From assembly GCA_964016885.1 (NCBI GenBank), contig OZ024741.1, positions 339,884,001-339,948,000 on the forward strand: 64,000 nt of DNA. Reading direction: 5' to 3'. The DNA comes from Eledone cirrhosa (taxonomy: Eukaryota). The position numbers and the translations under genes are program-made. This document shows, one piece after another, positions 1 to 13,118 of this stretch. The notes beneath the pieces were generated by a model. That model searched no databases, was not told where the DNA came from, and saw only the letters and a program-made list of their open reading frames with translations. Position 1 is the stretch's first letter, and every line of letters begins with the position of its first letter.

Positions 1-33
1 TACATATATGTATATATATATATATACATATAT

Positions 34-92
<59 letters not shown>

Positions 93-165
93 CTATATTA
101 TATTATATATTATATTATATTATATATTATTTATATTATATTATATTATTTATATTATATTATAT

Positions 166-209
<44 letters not shown>

Positions 210-288
210 CGTATACCAATCTTATTGAAGGCGCAGCTTATGAATTTAAATCAAGACAGATATTTACCAAACACACAAAAACTTAATG

Positions 289-342
<54 letters not shown>

Positions 343-598
343 GTAATAATAATAATAATGTTTTCTTTATTAACCACAAGGGTTTACATAAAGTAGACAT
401 TAAGGACAGTACAGGACAACACAGGACGGTACAAATGGGCATTTCTGCGTGTAAAAAAACAGAGGATGTAATAAAATAACAAAGAAAAATTCCCCAATAG
501 GGGGGAGACTTCCGAGGGACATTTGTGGAGAAAGCCCATTAAAAGACCACAGTGACCCTGACCACCAGGGCAAGTGCCCTCTCCCAGTTTTCCACCTT

Positions 599-3500
599 TT
601 ACAGACACATACTCAGAGTAGGCCCATTCACTCGGGCCATACTTGCTTCTCTCACCCATCTTACAACTAAATGCTGGGAAGAGAGCATTTCCCTCTCTAC
701 CCTGATTTTCCTTTTAAAATGAAATTTGAAAAAGTTAATCAAGGCATCATCGAAGAGGTGAGTGCTCGTCTTCAGCCCTTTCAAACGTGTCCACCATACT
801 ATCTCTTTCGCCATGGCCACCAGACAGATAAAAACTGCCTGCCCTTCCCGGCTAAAGGAGGAGGGCGGGGCAATCCTCACGATGGACTCAGCTGATAGCT
901 GGATCTGTCCTACACGTGACAGCAGGTGTTCGACATAAACCCACAAGTCAGCAATGCTCGGACACTGGACGAGTGCGTGCAGGACGGTTTCGTCACCCTG
1001 CGCGTATCTCGGACATGCCCGGCTGACGGCACCTCCATGCCTGTAGAGTTTATCCCGAACTGGCAAAGCTCCTCGGTAACACTGCCAGGCCAGGGATTTC
1101 TGGAAGTTGTCCATAGGCTCCGGCCCGAAAGTCCTTCCGAAGAGATTGGCTAGTTGATTTTCGTCGACGCCTAGAGTTTCTCCAAGTACGTCGTCGCACA
1201 TCCCCTCCACTAATCCTCTATAGAACGCCAAGGTAGAGTCTCCACCGATCACATTGCCCGATTGGTCGAGGGCTGTGAGCGCCTGAAGACATTCCAGTCT
1301 CCAAGCGCTCCCTCTCGGTCTTCGCTTGACCCAGGACTGCAGCTCCGTCAAGGGGACGAGCTGGGGAAAGACGTGTCTAGCAAACGGCGACCACACCTGA
1401 TCACCGTCGAGGAAGAAGTGGAGATGTCGTAGCCTGAGCGCGTGTCTGCCCATCATCAGCCACGGCATTCCCAGCCCTCCACGTAGCGGGTGTTGACAGC
1501 AGATGGACCACCTGACCATCGGAGCGCGTCCTTTCCACAAAAAGCGAAAGAGCAAACGCTCCAGCGCAGTTAGGCGGGGCTTAGGACAAGGTACAACGGT
1601 CAGGCGGTAGTAGATGACGGACGCAATGTACGCGTTGGCCACATCCGCTCGACCTTTCAGGGATAGCTTCCTCTCCGCCCATTTCTGGGTGAGAGAAGCC
1701 ACCCTGCTCGTCACCTCGTCCCAGTTTTTGTCCGTCTGGAGGTCCGGACCGAACTAGACCCCTAGCAATTTAACCGGTCCGTCCGTCCAGCGCCCGACGA
1801 CGCTGTTGGTCGGCATGGACCTGCCTCTCCAGGTGCCGAGCTGCAGGCCCACTGACTTTTCCTGGTTGATCATTGCTCCTGTCACCGCTTCGTATTCTCT
1901 TAGTGTAGTGCCGATCGCCTCGATGTGTTTGGCGTTCGACACCACTACGGTGACATCGTCCGCATATGCTGACACGGATCTTCCGCATCCTAGTTCGCGC
2001 GGGACCCCCTCAACGTCTCCAGTTTGTGCCATAATGGCTCGAAAGTCAATGCGTACAAGAGAGACGAGAGGGGACATCCTTGGCGGACCGAACGCATGAT
2101 GTTGAACGGTTCCGAAAGGTGACCGTTCACTCTCACCACAGAGCAGATGTTGCTGTGCATGGCAGCGATCCAGCCTCTGAAGACGGACCCAAAGCTAGCC
2201 ACTCTCAGGACTGCCGCTAGGTAACGATGGTCGACCCTATCGAAAGCTTTTGACTGATATAAATTGATCAAGGACCCACCCGTGCCAGGTTCCCTAGCTA
2301 CTCTCTCTACAATGTATCGCATGAGGTGGAGGTTGTCGTGGATGGATCTGTCGGGAATGGCGCATGTCTGCGCCTCTCCCACCAGACTACCAACGACAAG
2401 CGCCAACCTCTCCGCCTCAGTGGCCGAGAGCCGCGGCAGTCCGTCGAGGTAGACACTAAAGTCCATCCCTCGATCCGGCCCGCCGCTGCCCCCTAACAGC
2501 TGTGCGAAGTTGCGCTGAAAAGCTTCACACATTTGCCCGGGATCGAGTAGCATGCGCCCGTCGTGGTCCACCAAAGACCGGATTGTTGCCACGACGCGCC
2601 TCCGCCACTCGGGCCCATTGAACGGTTTTTGTCCCCTCGTGTCTGAGAGCACGCACCCTAACTCTGACAACGCAGCCTTCGTTCTTTGCATTGAAGAATT
2701 GGTCAAGGGCCAATTTCGCCGCAAGTACGTCGGTCGCGATGCCTTTGCTAAGCGCCTCGTCTAATTTTCTAACTAATTCTCCCTCTGCTCTATTTTTCTC
2801 TATTGCTAAAGCCTTACTAAACCTAATGGACTCTATTCTAATTGTTCTTTTCAGAGCAAACCATTACTTGTTGTTGACGATGGCCCCCGTCAACGCCCGC
2901 TTAACTAGTTCGCTAATCCGGTCTCTGTAGACCTTGCGCGCTGGTAAGGACGCGTTTAGCTGCCAGTAGCCGGGTCCTCGTCTATGCAGCCTATTTAAGT
3001 AGAGCACACAGATCACGATTTTGTGGTCCGTGTAGCTGACTATCTTGAATTGTGGACAGCCTATGCTAGACCTATCTATTTCCGTACAAAATACTCTGTC
3101 TAGATATAATCTGGATGACCCTATGCGATTTGTCCACATTGGCACATTCGGAAAATCCAATCGGTACTTGTCAGACAGTTCAAAACGCCTGAGCAGGTTG
3201 ATGAGACTCTTGCAACCTCCTCCCCTATCCACTGATCCCAAACAGTCCCAGCGTGCATATAAGATCCCGTTCCAGTCGCCCACTAACACTAAAGAGCGGG
3301 ACGTTCCGAGAAAGGTCTCCAGACGCCGGAAGAAATCAGGCCGCCCTGCTCCTGTCGGGGCATAGACGGCCACAAGCCTGAAGGCTTGCCCGTCTCCGCT
3401 GGTCACGTGTAGCACCACCTACTTACCTTCTGGGTCCAGGAAGATGGCCCGTATGGCGAGATCCAAACCTCTCCGAAAAAGCACAGCAACTCCCCCCCCC

Positions 3501-3701
3501 CCCCGATCCAGGACGGCTGGGAGATGCGTACACATCGTAGCCGCCGAAAATCGGTGCGAAGGCCCGTGCTTCGGAGATTCTGGTCTCGCTGATGGCCACT
3601 ACATCTATGTTTAGTGACCTGAGGTCGTTGAGCAGGTGGCGCTGCTTCCATGACGATCCCAAGCCACGCGCATTTATGCGGCCTATTCTGAGTGAGGTCA
3701 T
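599..3701 (-). pseudogene. Tx1 ORF2 (APE + RT + Zn finger), multiply frameshifted
   Basis: INARGL, AISET, VYAP, GDWN, LDRVF, TDHK (APE); SKAFDRVDH, VRQGCPLS, AYADDVT (RT); CPR...ETVLHALVQC. Confidence 0.9.
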
Positions 3702-3735
3702 GGTGAAATGGAGTGGAAAAGATGGCAAAGACCAC

Positions 3736-5403
3736 TTACCTTACTTCTCGTAGAGGAAGGATAGTTTCTCCATCCTTTTCACTGCTTGTGGCCTCCTCCG
3801 GAAGGATTTCCTTATAAATCCTCCTGGAGAGTGTTTGTCGGAAGTCTCCGATGTCTTTGGGGAATTTTTGTTTTAGTGTCGTGTACGTTTTCTGTGTGAT
3901 GCGAGTGATTTGTATGTGTGGAGGTGGTGTGAACTTTTGGATTGTTGTGTAGTCTTTTTCTGTGATGCTGGTGTTGTGTTGGATGTAGTGTAATAATTGC
4001 TTGTTGTTCAAATTTAATGCTGTGTAGTGTGTATCGTTTTGGTTGTTTTGTTTTGTTTGCGTTTGTTGTGGGTTTGTTTCTGTTTCGCTTTTTGGTGACT
4101 TTTGTAGTGTTGGTGATGGTGGTGTTGGGGTTAATGATGGTGATGGTGTTGGTGATGCTGGTGTGGATGGTGGCATATCTGTCCTAACTTTTTTGTTTGA
4201 TAGTTTATTTGTTTCTCTCTGTATTTTGTTTCTGGAGGGGGAAGGAAGAGAATTTTTTCTTTTTTGATTTATTTTTTATTTTTCCTGATACCGTTTCCCA
4301 ATCTTTGTCGTCACAATCTGTCTCCAGTTGTGATAGACCGGGGAGTGGAAAATCCTCCACAGGCGTTGGTTTTGGTTGTGGCGTGGTGGATGGTGTAGGC
4401 GCTGGTGCTAGTTCTGGCGCGTTGGGTGGTGGTGGTGTTGGTTTTGCTACTGTTGCTGGGGTTGTTGCTGTTACAGTTGCTTCTGTTGTTGCTGCTACAG
4501 TTGTTGCTGCCATCTCTGCTACTGGTGGTGTTGATGGTTGTGTCACTGGGGTGGGTAAGAGAGGTGGCCTCAACCTTTTAGCCTGAGGGCAGAAAGCCCT
4601 TAGGTGGGTTCCTTCACCACAAACGACACACATAGGCCTTCTGCCCTCGACGATTACGGTGAGGTGGCTGCCGTCAGTGAGGTCTATTACCTCTGGGATC
4701 TCCTCAATGCTTTTTTGGTCCGCTTGGATCAGGAGCTCCATCCCAGATCCGGACCAGTTCTCCTGCTTTTCTTTCGCTATTTCGATTATCTTGGTGTTGG
4801 CTTCGATGCCGGCGATGACGGCAGCTATTAGCCAGGGAATTTCGATGGCCGGTGGAACGTGGGTCACCCTGATCTTTACGAGTCTCTGGCCACAATAGCT
4901 TGGGACGAGTGTGAAGTCGTCACTTCTTAATGGGGCCATGGAGTTTTCTCTAACCTCCTGTGGTGTTTCAAAGAACACATCCACGGTTCCATATTTCTGC
5001 CCACGTCTGATGTGGGTTTTTTTTGCCCACACATGTCCCAAAGCTTTTTGGATTTGGGACACGGATGCCCGTTCTACTCGGCGCGATTTTATGTTAATTG
5101 TTCTATAAGACACGGTGCATAGGCGCCGATGGTCCATTTTATTAGGTGTGTGTGGGGGGAGGTGAGGATGACCCTGTACCCATCTTTCTTTACCATTTTT
5201 TTGGCTTCTTCTAATTCCTCCTGAGTTACCTGAAATGCTTCGCACTGTTTTGCTACTCTGGCAAAACTCAGGGTGGTTTTCTTAATTTCATTGTTGTTGT
5301 TGGTGTTATCGTTATTTTTGTTATTGTTAATTTTAGTTTCAGTTGTGGTGGTGGTGGCGTCAGTGGTGTTCGGTGTGGAAGAGTTCATTTTGGTTGAATT
5401 CAT
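3736..5403 (-). pseudogene. Tx1 ORF1 (frameshifted, with stop)
   Basis: Pieces 5089-5403, 4205-5245 and 3736-4176. SFARVA motif, CVVCGEGTHLRAFC zinc knuckle, Pro/Thr-rich C-terminal region. Confidence 0.8.
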
Positions 5404-5842
5404 TTCGATATCACGAGTTAATTTATTTTTTCTTTTGTTTTTGTTGTCGCGGTGGTGGTGGGGGTGGGGGTTGTTGCGGTGGTGGTGGTGGTGGCGGCTT
5501 TAACACCTGCAGTCATTGGTAATGGCGGGAAATGAATGTCTGCCTGAGACAAATTTAAAATATTGCTAGTGCTTATATTTTTAGTGTTGGCAAACGTAGT
5601 AATATTTACAATGGTGGTGTAGGTGTGAGGTGTTAGTTTGTGAAGAATATTATTAAATATTATAAAAGTTTAAATTTTGGGCTCAAGGCCCCAACTTTTT
5701 TGGGTGTCTTTTTCAGATAACAATGTATGTGCACTTATATACAGTTAACAATAAAAATTTTCCATAAATGGCAATTTTAAACAACTCAAAATAACAAACC
5801 TTTGCGGAGCTCACGATGATACGCTTTACTACGTAGGTCGCC

Positions 5843-5889
<47 letters not shown>

Positions 5890-6654
5890 TAATGCTGTTC
5901 AGTTGTACATCAAGGAATTTAATTTATGTTATTAAATGTAACGGATGGAATGAAGATTACAGAGGACAAATAGGATTAACTTGGAGGAAATGAATTACTG
6001 TTCATCGTCAACAAATATGAAACCCTTGTGGCAGATTGTACTGTTGATCAAACAACTGAAATACTCACCATTGGAACCGGCGGAGATCCAGCATATATTG
6101 ACTATTAACTCTTTTGACATTAACCCTACAAAAAACTGGTTCAGATTCTATGAAACAAAACCTCCTATTTGTTTAAATACAATCTCTCCAGTAGCGACGG
6201 TGCGTGGCCTAGTTAGTGGATAGGATGTTGTTCTCACAACCACAAGGTTATGAGTCCAACACCTTAAGGTTGTGGGTTCGATTCCTTGAACAGGGTTGGC
6301 GTTTTGTTCTTGAGAACGACAATTCTTCTGTGAATATGTATGCTTGTATTTATGTATATATGTTGTTAAGTAAAACACTTCGTCTGTGTGTTTATGTATG
6401 TATGCATGCATATATGTGTGTATGTTCTTCTGCTTTTATTATTTTATACATGGATTGGCAGTATCGGTAGGGTCGGACACCATTCGTTGCAGCATATAGT
6501 TACGGTCCTTTACGGTGTGAGTTCAAATACCGCCGAGGTTAACTTTGCCTTTCATCCTTACGGGGTCGATAAAATAAAGCACCAGTAACGTACTGGAGTC
6601 GATTTAATTGACTTTCCCCCCAAAAAAAATTACTGGCCTAGAAATCATTATTTT

Positions 6655-7390
6655 ATAGATTTTCACCAATAGCGAGAGAGCTGCTTTCTAACAGCCACAC
6701 AACACCAACTAGATAAATACGTATATATATATGTATGTATTTGTGTGTGTGTGCAGGTATGGGTGTTATTGCAAATGTGGATCTGTATATTATGTATATG
6801 TGCATATGTTTCCATATCTATATATTTGTATATGCAGTTATTGCATGCTGAATTTCTGAAATGTTTTACATATTTTTACAGCTCCAATAATGGATTGTAC
6901 TTGCTGTCTCCTAACTAGCTTCTCAAGATTTGTACCGAGGCTGTTAGTAACATAGCCCTGGGCCCCAATGATCACAGGTACAAATCTAAAGGTGTGGTCA
7001 AGGTGGAGTCTTTGCAGATTCCTTGTTTTATGTATGTATGTAAATTTTATCGTTGTGGAGCGAGAGACTCCTTGTCTTCATTGAGACATCTCTCTAGGGG
7101 AAGGACACTGTGATATAAAACCTGCGATTTCTTTGGCAGCCAATGATGTAGACCAGTTCTTCTTTTTGGGCAAATGCATTCGATGTTCAAAGAGTGGGAT
7201 TAGCCCCGTGTAAAAACCTTTCTACACTTAAAAAATCTTCAAGCACAGGCATTGCTTGATGTGACATTTGTTTGGATGCACGGTATTGCTGGTCATAGGC
7301 AAGTCCCTAGCAAGACTAAACAGCCCAGTCCATGATGCTCATGTTTAACTATCAAGCGATGGCATTAGTCAAAATTTAATTCCAACTATC
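6655..7390 (-). mobile_element. RLE-clade LINE 3' remnant beside (TATG)n (related piece 42370-42660)
   Basis: FRFVPVIIGAQGYV C-terminal motif. Blocks ACCAATAG.GAGAGAG...TTTCTAACA and AATGTTTTACATA..TTTTAC recur at 42390-42657. Confidence 0.5.
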
Positions 7391-7759
7391 ATGTATGTAT
7401 GTATGTGTGTATGTATGTATGTATGTATGTATGTATGTATGTATGGAGACCCTAAATGAGGAGTGAGGCCTAGCATTGGAACGAATGCGAGGGCTCTTCT
7501 AATCGTGTGATGTTCATGTTTAAGGGTGAGGAATTGCAGTGATGCCTTAGTTTCTTACACATACATTCGACAACGCAAATGAAGAAAAACAATAAAGTGA
7601 ATCAGACCTTTCATGTGGTAATGCTAGAGCAAAGTGTTAACATGTTTCGGCGACCACAGCGATGCCAGTACATATTTCAATTTAATACTATCGATCTCTA
7701 TTTGCCAAAGATCTATGTTAAGAGAAATAAGCAAGAAGACACACATATACACACATAGA

Positions 7760-7792
<33 letters not shown>

Positions 7793-7794
7793 AC

Positions 7795-7898
<104 letters not shown>

Positions 7899-7994
7899 AA
7901 ACACACACACACATGCACATACACACTCACTCAGACCCACTCACTCAAACACACACACAGAGAATATAGACGTGTTTCAAATATTATATTTATG

Positions 7995-8028
<34 letters not shown>

Positions 8029-9171
8029 TGTATGTGTGTGTGGCTATGTATGTGTATGTCTGTGAATGTGTGCGTGTTTGTTTGTATATGTATGTATCGA
8101 AAATATAGTGTAAATAATTCAGAGTTTGATTTTCAAAATGCCATGATTTCTGAGAGTTTTCATATGTTCGGTTTACTTATCCAAGGAATTTTGTGATGGT
8201 TGTAGGAACCGAAGTCTTTTCCATATCTTTTCTCCGACCTTCACGTTGACAAGATGGTCTTTTATCTTTTCATGATCTGAAAATAAAGAAAAATACAAAA
8301 TATTTAAGAATAGCATCATAAACATAAACATAAAACAATAACTTTTAACACAGGTTAAACTGACTATCTACGAGGTTTCATATCATAAGAGGTCTTTCGG
8401 TTATTATAATTATGAGAGCTCCAGTCCTGCCATGTAGTTTCAGCTTACACTTATGCTGGTTTAGGTGAACTGCTGTGGGTTTTCGTCGCATAAGAGGTTC
8501 CTTGTGTATTCTAATGATAGGAGCCCCAGTTCTATCATGAATAGCAACGTGAAAGCAAGTGTCTTGTTCAGTCCCGTACTGTATGTTCCTGAGTTCTACA
8601 CCCTAAGCTCTAGGCCGCACACCTTCACTTAAAAGTCAAACCTGAGTTTTCGTTTCATTGTGCTAGGTGGCTGAAATATAAATCTCTCTTATACCTAGAT
8701 TGTTTAATATTATACAGAAACGGTTCAATGACCAGCATGAACCTTTCAAAACTGGAAGACATGACTGCTCACTGGTTTACTTTGAAGGTCTTACAGTTCA
8801 AGAGTATTTCAAACATACACAATACTAAGAGGAGAACCGTGGAAAGAGACGTAGACGTAGGGATAAAATTGACATCTCCCACCAAACATTTACAAATCTT
8901 CTTTACAATCGAAGCTGAACATAAACGATCTACAAATTTGATGAACAACCATAAGAAAACAAGCAAGAATTTACGTAAATTTACCAACATATTCCTATTG
9001 ACATAGCTCTATGCGTTCTGAGTTCAAATCCCGTGTCCTAACACTAGAAAAACGGTAATGTAATAGGTATAGTCAGAACCAATTACCCATACGGATAATT
9101 GAACAATGTTCGGGGTGCCGTTAGGCTGGTAAAAATCAAAGAACAGAAAGGTTGAAACGAAAATGGAATAC

Positions 9172-9692
9172 AGCTTAGCTGAGCAGTGAAAACACACCTC
9201 TGACTCTCACTAGTTAACAGTGTCACCTTAGCTGAGCAATAAAATCACATCTCTGTTCCTCAGCAGTCTGTTAGTCAGTGTCACCTTAGCTGAGCAATAA
9301 GTACACACCTCTGGATCCCAGCTGTCAGCAGTCTGTTAGCCAGTGTCACCTTAGCTGAGCAGTGAAAAGACACCTCTGGCCTTCAGCAGTCTGTTATTCA
9401 GTGTCACCTGAGCTAAGCAGGGAAAACAAACCTCAGGTCTTCAGTGATTTCTTAGTCAGTGTCACCTTATCAGAGCAGTAAAAACACATCTTTGGCAACT
9501 TAACTGTCACTTTAGCTGAGCAGTGAAAACACAACTCTGGTCTTCTACAGTATGTTAGTCCGTGTGGCCTTAGCTGAACAGTGAAAACAGACTTCTGGTT
9601 CCCAGCAGGCTATTAGTCATTGTCACCTTAACTGAGCAGCAAAAACTCATTTCTGGCATCCAGCAGTCTGCAGTATTTTCGTCAATGTCACC
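9172..9692. repeat. Minisatellite, about 58-bp unit, about 9 copies
   Basis: Unit GTCACCTTAGCTGAGCAGTGAAAACACACCTCTGG...CAGCAGTCTGTTAGTCAGT, with variable length. Confidence 0.9.
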
Positions 9693-9793
9693 ATGTTTTA
9701 AGTCCGAGTGGAATTCTGAGTTTGATGGTTTTCCTTGAAAACATTAATGAGATACAATCCTATAAGATGCCAATAACAGAATGTACATTGTAA

Positions 9794-9881
<88 letters not shown>

Positions 9882-10626
9882 CGAAGGAAGTGTGGTAAGG
9901 AACCAGATGGACCATAACGCACCAGGGTACTCAATACTTAGGGTAGTAGAGTGGGTAATAGGAAAAAGTTATATATATATAAAGTGAGGTCCTTTATTAA
10001 GTTATGTTCCTAATACCAGTTAAATAATGTGAAAGTTAGTTATATTACTTTATCGCTCCAAATTATTGCTTATTTTCAGAATTATTTAAAAATCCCAAAC
10101 AATGTATTTCGTTAGAAATATGGTAACGAAAGGGTTTGAATAGTTCTATTTAGCTAAATACCTTCCATCATAATTCTATGTAAGAACCTTTGTTACGCAA
10201 AGTTCCAAACACCAGTTTACCATTGAGAAAGTTAAATCCCTCCAAATTCTTGATTGTTTTCAAAATGAATTGAAAATCACAGAAAGGGTCTTTCGTTAGA
10301 AAGGGTTAAATTTTACTTCTATCCAGAATCATTAATGTTGTCCCTCTGCTTACATAGCAATGTAAAATTTAGAGTATGTCTCTAGCTGTTTTAAATTCTT
10401 CTCTCCATCTGCTCATCAAGGAAGTACAAGTTAGAATATTCCTCCTGCTATCATAAATTTTTCTCTCTATCCTACCTTCGTCACCAGCGCCATTCTTATT
10501 CTTATCGTCTAACTACAGCTCAGAACATTTTCTCTTAACACTTTAAATTCCTCCCTCCGTCACAATAATCAGTTTTACATTTTCACTTTCGTTATTTTAG
10601 TTAGATTAATTATCGTGTCATTCTGA

Positions 10627-10667
<41 letters not shown>

Positions 10668-10700
10668 TTATTCCTTCTCTCCGCCTGTCTCTCCATTCTC

Positions 10701-10808
<108 letters not shown>

Positions 10809-12295
10809 CATATATATGCGCGCGTGTGTGTGTGCCTGTCTGTTTATATCTATACTTCTCCCTCTCTCTTACTCACGCTCCCCCTCTCTCTCTTTCTCTT
10901 ACAATCTGTCTCTGCAGTTTTCATATCTTTCCATAATACTAAGATTTCTAAAGTCTAAGGTTTTATTCGGCTCTAAATTGAACTAGTTTTGGTTTTTAAT
11001 GTTCTGTTTGGTATTCTAGTGAGAGAAAACTGATTGAATTGGCGTGAAAGTGGCTGAGTATTCCATAAACACGTATACACTTAACGTAATATTTGGGGTG
11101 AATCAGCATGATACAATATGCGACAATGCTGGACCTTTGAATTACAAGTACGAACCATACGATGGGCTTCTAAACGGTTTCTATCTACACACTGTCACTA
11201 TGGTAAAATACACTTGATCATGATGCCATATAATGATTTCTAGTATAAGCACAAGGCCAGTAGTTTGGGGGGGAGGGAAAGTCGATTAAATCGATCCTAG
11301 TACGTTACTGGTACTTTATATCGACCCTGTAAAGATGAAAGGCAAAGTTAAAACCTTGGCGAGATTTGAGCACAGACAGTAAAGGACCGTAACTCTATGC
11401 TGCAAGCATGGTATCCAACTCTACCGATACTGCCAATCTACCGCCCTCTATAATGGTGTGGAACCCGGGACTTCTTGATCCCGAAACGAACTTCCTAACC
11501 ATTGGGTACTTTTCAAATCCCTCACTGGCGAAACACTTTTAAAAATTTAGAAGTTTTGGCAATTCGATGGACATTCTCATCAAGTGATGCGTTTGAGTTC
11601 ACTTTGCTGCCTAAGTTGTAAATGATTTTACAAACTTGATATTATTCCTTTCTATTTTGATGGTTCTTGTTCGATACCTATTATCTACTTGCGTGTCGAG
11701 GGTGGTCGGTGGACACCTTTGGTCATTATGTTGATGCCAAGCTTAAAGGCTTTGCTGGTGATTGGAAACGATTTACCAGTTCCTGTGTCTCTTCGAATGA
11801 TATCGCAACGAGCGTTGAGTTCTCCCCAGACTGCAGATCACGAATGATGTTAGATCTTAAGAGGGTTTAGCTTGGAAGTTCTGGTGACTTTCCAGGAAGA
11901 TCCAATGTCATTGGATATCTCAACAGAGGGAAGAGCTCAGTTTTTTGTGCTGGAATGTAATGACAAAATATTGATGTGCTTAGATATTGATAAGTTTTAG
12001 AGTCTGCTACGAAATGTAACGCTAATGTCAAGGGGAAGGTGATCCGAAAGTTAGCAGGTGTTATTGAAGGAGCTTGGGTTCATTTTTTTTTTTTTTTGTA
12101 ACCCCAAAGTCTATCATATACAGAGTTTCGGAATTAGGATGCATTCAGATGGTCTTGTGGTGTTAGGATTGGTATATAATGTTTTCAATGTCTCATGAAG
12201 GAAAATTTTACAAAAGAAATGGTGTAATGGTGTAATGGTGTAATAGTGTTATAGTGTCAAGAAGATAAGAAATCCCAAAATACCTCTTGAAAACT

Positions 12296-12369
<74 letters not shown>

Positions 12370-12372
<3 letters not shown>

Positions 12373-12535
12373 GAAGGAAGTGTGGTAAGGAACCTGATGG
12401 ACCATAACGCACCACAGTACTCAATACTTAGGGTAGTAGAATGGGTAATAGGAAAATGTTTAATCCCGACGGCAGAGCTCAAGCCGTTTCGACGGGTATT
12501 TCTGGACTATTTAACCCGTCGGGGTTAAACATTTT

Positions 12536-12540
<5 letters not shown>
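12370..12540 (-). mobile_element. GAGCTC-family fold-back with deletion in the short arm
   Basis: Tail and long arm 12370-12515. The short arm skips between two CCGTC repeats. Confidence 0.75.
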
Positions 12541-12596
<56 letters not shown>

Positions 12597-12600
<4 letters not shown>

Positions 12601-13051
12601 TAAAGAAAACGAAAAATCAGTGATGCATCTGGACTTAATTTATTGCGTGTTACAATTGTTTCGCCGGCAGGTAGCTCGAGACGTGGGTCTTGTATGGATC
12701 TGGCTGATTCAACTGCTGCAGGTTCTTTCAGACACGGGTATTTCGTTCGGAGCAAATTTTATCAGAGTGATAAAATTTGTTCCGAACGAAATACCCGTGT
12801 CTGAAAGAACCTGCAGCAGTAGAATCAGCCAGATCCATACAAGAACCTGCAGCAGTAGAATCAGCCAGATCCATACAAAGACCATGTCTCGAGCTACCTG
12901 CCGGCGAAACAATTGTAACACGCAATAAATTAAGTTCAGATGCATCACTGATTTTTCGTTTTCTTTATACTATCTACACTCTACTCTGCTGAATATCGAG
13001 TGCTAATTTTGGCATACCGCCTATGGAAGCGCCATAGCTACCATTATACAC

Positions 13052-13056
<5 letters not shown>
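12597..13056 (+). mobile_element. Fold-back element in (TA)n
   Basis: Arms about 12597-12764 and 12769-12972, near-perfect, with a tandem duplication of about 36 bp in the right arm. Unpaired tail 12973-13056. Confidence 0.85.
12796..12922 (+). ncRNA. Hammerhead-like motif with variant core (CUGAAAGA) and long stem II
   Basis: CGUGU-CUGAAAGA-[ACCUGCAGCAGUAG...CUACCUGCCGGC]-GAAA-CAAUUG-UA-ACACG: perfect stem I and palindromic stem III. Confidence 0.55.

Positions 13057-13116
<60 letters not shown>

Positions 13117-13118
<2 letters not shown>

Larger units (their letters stand above)
360..5842 (-). mobile_element. Near full-length Tx1/L1-clade non-LTR retrotransposon inserted in (AAT)n
   Basis: ORF1 with CCHC knuckle. 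ORF2 with APE, RT and C-terminal Cys motif. AATAAA near the 3' end. (AAT)n tracts on both flanks (about 285-359 and 5843-5893). Confidence 0.92.

Noticed and set aside
9172-9692. CRISPR-like regular spacing
   Set aside because: The intervening segments are homologous to each other, the context is eukaryotic, and there are no cas genes.
12597-12972. Fold-backs as miRNA genes or classical MITEs
   Set aside because: The one-sided tail beyond the inverted arm and the hammerhead motifs fit PLE pseudo-LTRs better. A TSD cannot be read inside (TA)n.
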